64,000 bases of DNA, taken from assembly GCA_037131245.1 (NCBI GenBank), contig JBAXRK010000001.1, positions 88,385 to 152,384 on the forward strand. The letters are read 5' to 3'. The DNA comes from Candidatus Omnitrophota bacterium (GTDB lineage Bacteria > Omnitrophota > Gorgyraeia > Zapsychrales > Fredricksoniimonadaceae). Both the position numbers and the translations under genes were made by a program. A model generated the notes under the pieces. It had not been told where the DNA came from. It saw only the letters and a program-made list of their open reading frames with translations, and made no database searches. Below, in pieces: positions 29,764-36,851 of this stretch (within the stretch, counting starts at the first letter, position 1; each line of letters begins with the position of its first letter).

Positions 29764-29916
29764 CTATTCTTTTGAGTATTCCTCTGAAAGGTCCTTCTGT
29801 TTGGCCTGCACGGCCCGGTACACATAGGTGCTCATGGCGGCCACCGCCGCCGATACGATCGCCACGACGAGACAATACTCAATTAGATTCTGCCCTTTTG
29901 TCCCTTTGATCCTCAT
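29764..29916 (-). CDS. Flp-type prepilin paralog 1 (50 aa, classic Flp size)
   Basis: The sequence reads MRIKGTKG|QNLIEYCLVVAIVSAAVAAMSTYVYRAVQAKQKD.... AGGTGG lies upstream of ATG 29916. The 128-aa track ORF is an extension through the leader region. Confidence 0.7.
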   Translation of the reverse strand: MRIKGTKGQNLIEYCLVVAIVSAAVAAMSTYVYRAVQAKQKDLSEEYSKE

Positions 29917-30121
29917 CGCGCGCCACCTGTGTGCCTGAAGAACGTTTTGCCGGGGCTTCATGGAACCAACATCGAAGCGGGAATACACCCGGCCCGTATA
30001 TCGCCAACGGTTACCCGTAGCGACCCGCGCGACACCTATCATGCCCCGCGGTTCTGCCCCGTTTTGCAACGGGGCTGAAAGACAACAACGCACACTTCCT
30101 CTAATATGGAAGTGTAGCGAA

Positions 30122-30150
30122 AGTATAACATAGTAATATAGTGGGCGCAA
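30122..30150 (-). promoter_or_regulatory. Candidate sigma70-type promoter for the pilin array
   Basis: The minus strand has TTGCGC (plus-strand 30145-30150), a 17-nt spacer, then TATACT (plus-strand 30122-30127). This would give a leader of about 200 nt before ATG 29916. Confidence 0.35.
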
Positions 30151-30182
30151 TGGTGAAAACGAAAATAAGGTTTGTTGAAAAA

Positions 30183-31916
30183 TTAAAACGCGAAGAGGAT
30201 GCGGCGGCCATCGGCAGCCTTAAATAAGGCAGAATTTAGCCGATTGACAATGCTTCTGAGCTTTTCCTGATGGGCATACCCTTGCGGCAGTTCGAACTCA
30301 AAACGCAGGGCCTTGGGATTTTCCTTGATGTGTCCCGAGAGGTCATAAAGGATAGCGGCCATGTCATCCCAGGAAAGGCCTCTTGTTGAGGGATCAAGGA
30401 AAAATTTTCTTGTATAATAATCTACTTCCCTATAAACATCCACTATTTTTGATATTTGTGGAACACATACATCATTAATTTCGATATTTATAGTTTCAGT
30501 TCCCACTTTTATAGCCATATCTGAACGAATGTAGATGTCCAGAACGTCGTTATTGTTGAGTGAATTACTGGAAATATTGGATAATAGCGTAAATTTATCG
30601 CCTCCGCCATCGGGCGTGACGCTAACAACCCTCAGCGGCCGGGATACGCCCTCCACCGTAAGTTTCCCTTCAAAAAAAGTGCCGCCGATCCCCGACAAAG
30701 GATCAAGAGAGGTGCGATGATTGTCGATCACGTCATACTCAACGCGGGCCATTTCGCTGTCGGTCAGGCGCGCGCGCAGGATAAAAGCCCGGCGCATGGC
30801 CGGGATCGCGGTGAAGGCCGCGCAACGCGCGTCATCGTCGCCGATCACCTCCAGGCAGGTCAGCGTGTCATCGCCGCCCTCCATAAGACGGATCAAACTT
30901 AAAAGTTCCGGTGTCAGGCCGGCGCCAGGCATATCGGCGATCAAGGGAACAATATTGGTGATGATCCGGTCAACGCCCCTTTCCACGGCCGCAAAAAGGG
31001 GCATGGCCCCCAGGGGCGAAGCTTCAACGCTAAAACGGCCGCCGCTTGCCGTCAGAAGGCGAAAATACCGCGCCGGTGTAAAAGCCATGGCCAATTCCGC
31101 GTGAACCGCCGGGCACAGCCGCGGGTCCTGGTCAAACTGGCCCTCTTTATCGAGCAAGGCCCGGCCTGTCCGGTCTTCAAGGCCGGAAAGCCGCCACAGC
31201 GTTGCCAGGTCGTCGGACTCAAAACCGGGGCGGTGTTCCGAGAAAAGGGCGGAAAAAAATAAAGCCTCGCATTGGGGGGCGCCCACGCCATCGGGCAACG
31301 TTCCGATAACACGCGCCAGGGACTCGCCCAGGCGGCTGGCGGAGCAGGCTGCCTTGAACGCGAACCACAGCGCCGCGGCGCCCAGGCGTCCGTAAAGCTT
31401 GCCGGGTTCCCCAGCCCATGCCGGGACAGACGGCTCTGGCTCAGCCGCGGCAACGGCCTTTTCAACAAGCGCCTCTACTGGTTCAGCCGGCACTACCGGC
31501 GCCAAGAGGTCTGGCAATAACGTTACCGGCGCGTCAACGGTCGCATCGACTTCTTCAACAGGCACCTCAACGAGCTCCAATGGCTTCTCCGGCACCACGA
31601 CCGGCAAGAAGGTCTGGACACTGCGCAGCATGATCTCTTTTTTTTGCTGGGGGATCGAAAAATTCTTGGGGGCGATATAGGTGGAGTGCCGGCCGATCGG
31701 GCCGCTTAGCTGGAACTGCTTAATAACAGCATTAACTGATGACTTCGAAACCTCGACGCCGAACTTATCTTTGACAACGCCAACCAAGCCCCGGCAACTT
31801 AAAGACGCGTCCGCGCGCTTAGTTTGGACAATAAATTCGACAATATCCTGACGTAATTTGTAGGTAACGCCCATCGATCGAACCTGTAATATGCCTTTAA
31901 TGTCCAGAATGGACAT
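30183..31916 (-). CDS. Orphan 577-aa protein with an HTH-like N-terminal domain. No family was recognised.
   Basis: The N-terminal roughly 75 aa (YKLRQDIVEFIVQTKRADASLSCRGLVGVVKDKFGVEVSKSSVNAVIKQFQL) look like a 3-helix HTH. A Pro/Val/Glu/Ala-rich linker follows (PVVVPEKPLELVEVPVEEVDATVDAPVTLLPDLLAPVVPAEPVEALVEKAVAAAEPEPSVP), then about 400 aa that I cannot assign. No Walker motifs are present. The start is ambiguous between ATG 31916 (no SD, lies inside a palindrome) and ATG 31874. Confidence 0.6.
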   Translation of the reverse strand: MSILDIKGILQVRSMGVTYKLRQDIVEFIVQTKRADASLSCRGLVGVVKDKFGVEVSKSSVNAVIKQFQLSGPIGRHSTYIAPKNFSIPQQKKEIMLRSVQTFLPVVVPEKPLELVEVPVEEVDATVDAPVTLLPDLLAPVVPAEPVEALVEKAVAAAEPEPSVPAWAGEPGKLYGRLGAAALWFAFKAACSASRLGESLARVIGTLPDGVGAPQCEALFFSALFSEHRPGFESDDLATLWRLSGLEDRTGRALLDKEGQFDQDPRLCPAVHAELAMAFTPARYFRLLTASGGRFSVEASPLGAMPLFAAVERGVDRIITNIVPLIADMPGAGLTPELLSLIRLMEGGDDTLTCLEVIGDDDARCAAFTAIPAMRRAFILRARLTDSEMARVEYDVIDNHRTSLDPLSGIGGTFFEGKLTVEGVSRPLRVVSVTPDGGGDKFTLLSNISSNSLNNNDVLDIYIRSDMAIKVGTETINIEINDVCVPQISKIVDVYREVDYYTRKFFLDPSTRGLSWDDMAAILYDLSGHIKENPKALRFEFELPQGYAHQEKLRSIVNRLNSALFKAADGRRILFAF

Positions 31917-31917
31917 T
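31899..31917. promoter_or_regulatory. Palindrome 3 of the TGGACATT motif family
   Basis: The sequence reads tttAATGTCCAgaaTGGACATTaaa, with arms extendable to 11 nt and a 3-nt spacer. The arm order is opposite to palindromes 1 and 2. It overlaps ATG 31916 of the 577-aa ORF and lies 37 nt downstream of the radical SAM stop codon. An extra half-site, GGGACATT, is at 31937-31944. Confidence 0.5.
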
Positions 31918-31953
31918 AAAGTATATCATGCAAAGAGGGACATTACCGAAAAA

Positions 31954-33429
31954 TTATGACCTTAATAATTTACGGTCGATCTTGTAGTCAAGCAGGCGCT
32001 TAACATGCGCCAGGGTTTCCGGCCCGAACTTCCGCCGGATCATTTCCTGATAACTTAAACTGCTGAAATACTCATAAAACGCCTTATCCCGGAAACGCAG
32101 GACCTCGGTCGGGGTTAAATGATGGGTAGCCAGGGGCGTGGTGTCCGGGCTGAACTGGGAATACGCGCTCCAGCTCGCGGGCAAGACCATGCCGGATTTT
32201 AGCGCCACTTCATAGAGTTTGGACCCGGGATACGCCATCGTCGTGTAAAAATTCGCGTACTCACAATTAAGTTCTTTAGCCAGGTCCAGCGTTTCCTGCA
32301 TCGTGCTCAGGTCGTCATCCGGCAGGCCGAACATGTAATTGCCCATCACGTAAATGCCAAGGTCGTGGGTTAGCGCCACTGTCTTTTTGATCTCATCGAT
32401 ATTGAACCGCCCTTTCGAAACACCCTTGCGCACATTCGTGCTGGCCGCCTCGATGCCGTAAGCGATCCAGTTGACCCCGGCCCGCGCCAGCTTACGCAGG
32501 ATATCTTCGGTCACCGTGTCAATACGCGCGTAGACCCAGATGTTGATGTCGTAATGCCGGGCCGCCAACCCGTCGCAGATCTCGTTCATCCGCGTCTGGT
32601 TGACCACAAAAAGCTCGTCAAGGAACTTGAAGTTCTTGACCTGGTACTTGCTGACCAGGAAATCGATCTCGGCGAGCACTTTTTCCGTCGAACGGAACCG
32701 GATGCCGGAGTTCTCCCCGTAAAGCGCGTGGATGTTACAGTAACTGCAATTATGCGGGCAACCCAGGCTGGTATAGACCATCACGTAGGATGAGCGGTCC
32801 TCCAGGTGGCCGAAAGCATGCCAATTATGGGCACGGTACTTGTCCATCGGCAGAAGGTCCCAGGCGGCAAAAGGCAAAGCATCGATATCTTCAAGCATCT
32901 CCGCCCAGCCATTGGCGACAACCGCGCCGTTCTGGAGCGACCACAGGCCCTTGATGGACTCGATCCCGCCTTTTTTGTTCTTGAGGGCATCCGCCAGGGC
33001 GGTAATGCAAAGGAAGGTCTCGCCGCGGCAAACAAAATCCACCTTCTCTTCCCGCAGCGTCTGCTCGGGCAAAGCGGAAGGATGGATGCCGAAAGCCACT
33101 GTTTTGAACTTGCGCGCCACACCGCTGAGGCGCGCCAACACCGCGCGGACCGCGGCCATCTTGGGGGTGGAAGAAGCCGAAGGATTCGTGCCAACCGCGC
33201 CCAGCCCGCATAGCAGCGGATCAAGGGCCGTGATGCGATGCGCCACTTCGTCGGGCCCGATGCCCAGGGCGTCCGCGTCGATGATCGCCACGGAAAAACC
33301 GCGCTCGCGCAAATAGGCCGCCAGCAGGGCGAGCCAGAGCGGCGGCTCGATCGACGTGAATTCACCGGCCAACGACCCGTAGGTGCGCTCTTTATCATTC
33401 GGATTAACCAAAACAACATCAACGCTCAT
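31954..33429 (-). CDS. B12-binding-domain radical SAM protein (class B rSAM family)
   Basis: The N-terminus is Rossmann-like (MSVDVVLVNPN...FSVAIIDADALG). The radical SAM cluster motif CPHNCSYCN (CxxxCxxC) is present. The start is taken as ATG 33429, because the track's start at 33537 would overlap crcB. Confidence 0.8.
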   Translation of the reverse strand: MSVDVVLVNPNDKERTYGSLAGEFTSIEPPLWLALLAAYLRERGFSVAIIDADALGIGPDEVAHRITALDPLLCGLGAVGTNPSASSTPKMAAVRAVLARLSGVARKFKTVAFGIHPSALPEQTLREEKVDFVCRGETFLCITALADALKNKKGGIESIKGLWSLQNGAVVANGWAEMLEDIDALPFAAWDLLPMDKYRAHNWHAFGHLEDRSSYVMVYTSLGCPHNCSYCNIHALYGENSGIRFRSTEKVLAEIDFLVSKYQVKNFKFLDELFVVNQTRMNEICDGLAARHYDINIWVYARIDTVTEDILRKLARAGVNWIAYGIEAASTNVRKGVSKGRFNIDEIKKTVALTHDLGIYVMGNYMFGLPDDDLSTMQETLDLAKELNCEYANFYTTMAYPGSKLYEVALKSGMVLPASWSAYSQFSPDTTPLATHHLTPTEVLRFRDKAFYEYFSSLSYQEMIRRKFGPETLAHVKRLLDYKIDRKLLRS

Positions 33430-33440
33430 AGCTGCCTTTC

Positions 33441-33818
33441 TTAAATACGGTGAAGGGTGACCAGGTAATAGCCGAAAGCGGCCAGCGATAATCCCAGGAC
33501 ATTGCTCAGCGCCACATACAGCAGCGCCGTACGCCACGCGCCGTTATGGAGCAGCGCGATCGTTTCAATGCTAAATGAAGAAAAAGTTGTAAAGCCGCCA
33601 AGGATGCCGGCAAAAAGGAAAGCGCTTAGCAGGAATGGCAGGTTCACCCGGCCGCTTACCGCCCACAAAATGCCAATAACAAAACAGCCGATGAGGTTGA
33701 CGGTCAGCGTTCCCGTCGGAAAAGCGCCGGCCGACGCGCGCTGCACCGCGGTCGAACATAAAAACCGCAGGGCCGAGCCGAGGCCACCGCCCAGGAAAAC
33801 AACCAGAATTTTATCCAT
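33441..33818 (-). CDS. crcB: Fluoride ion channel CrcB/FluC
   Basis: The product is 125 aa with 4 TM helices. It carries the motifs GGGLGSALRF and GILGGFTTFSSF. ATG 33818 overlaps the upstream stop by 8 nt. The 193-aa track ORF is an R-rich upstream extension. Confidence 0.85.
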   Translation of the reverse strand: MDKILVVFLGGGLGSALRFLCSTAVQRASAGAFPTGTLTVNLIGCFVIGILWAVSGRVNLPFLLSAFLFAGILGGFTTFSSFSIETIALLHNGAWRTALLYVALSNVLGLSLAAFGYYLVTLHRI

Positions 33819-35175
33819 GAACCCCTTCCCCGGCGCTCGCGGCCAGAACAGCCACCGTCGCCTCACTGACCTTCTTGCGCCGGAACTTGCGCGCGACCAC
33901 CCGCAATCCGTCCGCCTCCAATACCTCGCCCCCCTTGCTCTCATCGAGCCCGTGGGCCGCGCACCAGTCGGCGAATTTACCGTCAAGGGCGCCGCTGTAA
34001 GCCGCGCCAACCTGCTGGGCAATAGCCGACATCAAAACACCGCCCCCCACGATCCAGCCGCCGGCGAAAGCGTGAATATGCGCCGGAAGGCGGTCGAACT
34101 CGTCCTCGATCTCGCCCACCAGCTCCTCGATAATATCCTCCAGCGCGACCATCGCCACCAGCCGGCCCGACTGTCCCAGAAAGCCGGGAGCGCGCGCGGG
34201 ATCAGGCTTGCCGCTGACCAGCATGATATGCAACTTCTCCTTGATCATCATCTCGAGGGCCTGGGAAATGGATGTGTCCGCGCTCACCGCCTTGATGGGG
34301 CGGATAATGCCCCGGATCGACGGATCATTAGGATTGATCTTAAGCGCCGCGATAATATCCTTAAAATTCACATAACCGATCACTGATTGCAAGTCGCCCT
34401 CCGTCTCGAGGACCGGGAAGCGCGTGTGCATATCCATATGCGCGCGCACCAGCGCCTGCGACAGCGAACTGCCCGCCCCGATCATGGAAACATCCTGCAA
34501 GGGAAGGCTGATCTCCCGCACCTGCCGTGACGATAATTGCGCGGCCGCGATCAGGATCTTCTCCTGATGCGACCCGATCAGGCGCGCCGTGCGGGCGAGC
34601 GCCGCCGCCGCCTGCAACTCGTGCAAACCGGGGTCGTCGTCAAAATTCCGCGCGTTCTTGCCCCACCCCATGCTGGCGATGATCCACTTGACGATACGCT
34701 CGAAGAGCCGCACCACCGGATGCATTAAAAAGAACAGCGTCTTCATGGCCGGCGAAAGCTGCATGCACACCCGCTCACGATTATTAAGCGCGATCATTTT
34801 CGGTACCAGCTCGGCAAAGATAGTGGTGACCGCGCTGAGCGGCAGAACAAAACATACCAGCGCAAGGACGTCCGCCCCAGCTTTCGGCAAATGCAGCTTA
34901 TCGGCGAACACCGGCGACAGCATGTCGGCCATGCTCAGGCCGCCCGTCGCCGCGGCGATCGCGCTGGCCAGCGCGATACCCAGCTGAATGACCGCCAGGC
35001 TGGCCTCCATATTGTTCTTCATGAAATGCGCTTCTTCCGCGCCCTTTACCTTGCGCGCCACCAGCACATGGACGCGGGCAAGCGATATGGACGCCAGCGC
35101 CATCTCATAGGCGGCGAAGATACCGGTGACCACCAGCATTAAAAGGATCAGGATCAGTTCAATCAAGATCGTCAT
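33811..35175 (-). CDS. CNNM/DUF21-CBS domain transporter (HlyC/CorC family)
   Basis: The N-terminus is a DUF21-like multi-TM block (MTILIELILILLMLVVTGIFAAYEMALASIS). A CBS-pair region follows, with LEDIIEELVGEIEDEFD. Its ATG overlaps the cysI stop (ATGA). Confidence 0.8.
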   Translation of the reverse strand: MTILIELILILLMLVVTGIFAAYEMALASISLARVHVLVARKVKGAEEAHFMKNNMEASLAVIQLGIALASAIAAATGGLSMADMLSPVFADKLHLPKAGADVLALVCFVLPLSAVTTIFAELVPKMIALNNRERVCMQLSPAMKTLFFLMHPVVRLFERIVKWIIASMGWGKNARNFDDDPGLHELQAAAALARTARLIGSHQEKILIAAAQLSSRQVREISLPLQDVSMIGAGSSLSQALVRAHMDMHTRFPVLETEGDLQSVIGYVNFKDIIAALKINPNDPSIRGIIRPIKAVSADTSISQALEMMIKEKLHIMLVSGKPDPARAPGFLGQSGRLVAMVALEDIIEELVGEIEDEFDRLPAHIHAFAGGWIVGGGVLMSAIAQQVGAAYSGALDGKFADWCAAHGLDESKGGEVLEADGLRVVARKFRRKKVSEATVAVLAASAGEGVHG

Positions 35176-36839
35176 GCTTTTACGATCCCCGCTCGATGAA
35201 CAAAATCGCCGAAAGATTCCCCCTGACGGCGGTCTTTGGCGAAGCGGGACAGCACGTCCCTGAGATGGGCCAGGATATCAGCCTCACCGAGCATTTCTTT
35301 GTAAAGGGTGCTAAGCCGGTCACCTGAATGGCTCGCGCCCAGATAAAGATTGTATTTGCCCGGCGCGCGGCCGATAAAGCCGATCTCGCCCAGCGGCGAG
35401 CGCGCGCACCCGTTGGGGCAGCCGGTCATACGGATATTGATCGGCACATCTTTCAGGCCAAGCTCCGCCAGGACAGGATCAAGCTTGTCCATGAGTGACG
35501 GCAGGTAAGTCTCTCCGTCGGCAAACGCGAGCGGGCAAACCGGCATGGCCACGCACGCCAGGCCGCTGCCGCGAGCGCCCGACACCTGCTGATGGGCACT
35601 GATACCATGTTCATCAAGCAGGGCCTGTAGCGCCGGCTTCGCCGCTTCGCTAACACCTGCGATGATCACGTTCTGGTTACCGGTCACGATAAAGCTTCCC
35701 TGATGGGCGCGCGCGATCTCCCGCAGCCCCGTTCTTAACGGATAACCCGGCGCGTCCTTCACCCGGCCGCCTTCGACAAAAAGCGTTATATGCCACCGGC
35801 CATCCTCGCCCTGCTGCCAGCCGTAAGCGTCATTATTGGTCTTAAATTTATAATCCCGGGCGGGCGCCAGCGGCGCTCCCAGGCGCTTCTCCACCTCGGC
35901 CTTGAAACCGGCGACAGTCAATTTTTCAACAGTATATTTCACGCGGGCCTGCTTGCGATTGGAGCGGTTGCCGTGGTCGCGCTGGACCAGCAGGATCTTT
36001 TCGCACACATTGACCGCCTGGCTGCGCGGGACATACCCGATCACGCTGCCCAGGCGGGCGAACGTTTCCGGCATCCCGAACGTGCAGCTCATGCCACCGC
36101 CGACGGCCACGTTAAAGCCCACCAGCTCGTTCTTTTCCACGATCGCGATGAGCCCGATATCGTTGGCGAACACATCCGTGTCATTCACCGGCGGCACCGC
36201 CAGCGCGATCTTGAATTTGCGCGGCAAATACGTCTCCCCGTAGATCGGCTCATGGTCGGCCCCCGCCGGCTTGACGTCCAGCCAAAGCTCACGGTAGGCG
36301 GATGTTTTCGGCGATAAATGGGTGTGGATCGCTTTCGCTACCTGCTGCGCCTCAGCGTGCACGCGGCTGAGGTGCGGATTAGCGCTGGCCATCACATTGC
36401 GGTTAACGTCGCCGCAGGCCGCCAGGGTATCGAGCAGGGTGTCATTGATCCCCTTGATCGCTTTTTTCAAATGGCGCTTGCGCACGCCGTGGAGCTCCAC
36501 CGCCTGGCGGGTGGTCAGCTTGAGCGTCCCGCTACCGTAAAGGCTGCTTAGCTCATCGAGCCCCAGCCACTGGGCCGGCGTCAGAACCCCCGCCGGAATG
36601 CGCACCCGGATCATGAACGAATACAGCGGCTCGAGCTTCTGCTTGCGCCGTTCGCTCTCGGAGGGGCGGTCCCACTGCATGTACGTGCCATGGAACTTGA
36701 TCAGCTGCAGGTCGTCAGGATAAAGCGCGCCGGTCACTTCATCGGCCAGGCTTTCCTTGATGGTCCCGCGCAGATAGCGGCTTTTGGTCTTGATCACTTC
36801 AACGTCGCTCAACGGCTGAGGGTCATTATTTATTGCCAT
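35172..36839 (-). CDS. cysI: Assimilatory sulfite reductase (NADPH) hemoprotein beta subunit
   Basis: The product is 555 aa. The N-terminus SRYLRGTIKESL...LIKFHGTYMQWDR is characteristic. The siroheme/4Fe-4S cysteines are present as CVAMPVC (Cx5C) and GCPNGCARS (Cx3C). Confidence 0.9.
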   Translation of the reverse strand: MAINNDPQPLSDVEVIKTKSRYLRGTIKESLADEVTGALYPDDLQLIKFHGTYMQWDRPSESERRKQKLEPLYSFMIRVRIPAGVLTPAQWLGLDELSSLYGSGTLKLTTRQAVELHGVRKRHLKKAIKGINDTLLDTLAACGDVNRNVMASANPHLSRVHAEAQQVAKAIHTHLSPKTSAYRELWLDVKPAGADHEPIYGETYLPRKFKIALAVPPVNDTDVFANDIGLIAIVEKNELVGFNVAVGGGMSCTFGMPETFARLGSVIGYVPRSQAVNVCEKILLVQRDHGNRSNRKQARVKYTVEKLTVAGFKAEVEKRLGAPLAPARDYKFKTNNDAYGWQQGEDGRWHITLFVEGGRVKDAPGYPLRTGLREIARAHQGSFIVTGNQNVIIAGVSEAAKPALQALLDEHGISAHQQVSGARGSGLACVAMPVCPLAFADGETYLPSLMDKLDPVLAELGLKDVPINIRMTGCPNGCARSPLGEIGFIGRAPGKYNLYLGASHSGDRLSTLYKEMLGEADILAHLRDVLSRFAKDRRQGESFGDFVHRAGIVKA

Positions 36840-36851
36840 AAGGTTCCCTTA

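Noticed and set aside
29764-30150. Long versions of track ORFs were considered as real N-terminal extensions. These were the 128-, 111- and 138-aa pilin ORFs, 193-aa crcB, the 527-aa rSAM, 312-aa cysD and the 137-aa small protein.
   Set aside because: In each case an internal ATG with a good SD gives the canonical family N-terminus (a Flp leader, the CrcB N-terminus or a signal peptide). The extensions are R/G/P-rich and run through intergenic hairpins or neighbouring genes.
29917-30182. A c-di-GMP (GEMM-type) riboswitch call for the pilin leader.
   Set aside because: A GNRA-capped hairpin and the pilus context are suggestive. However, I cannot align the conserved GEMM core nucleotides by eye. 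It is reported only as an unclassified structured leader.
30183-31916. The 577-aa protein was considered as an IS transposase, with the TGGACATT palindromes as terminal inverted repeats. An 11-kb composite element spanning 20.8-31.9 kb was also considered.
   Set aside because: No DDE, HUH or serine/tyrosine recombinase motif is recognisable. There is no matching repeat at the 3' side of the gene (about 30,150-30,182). The palindromes are self-complementary units rather than a pair of element ends. Mobility cannot be fully excluded without homology searches.
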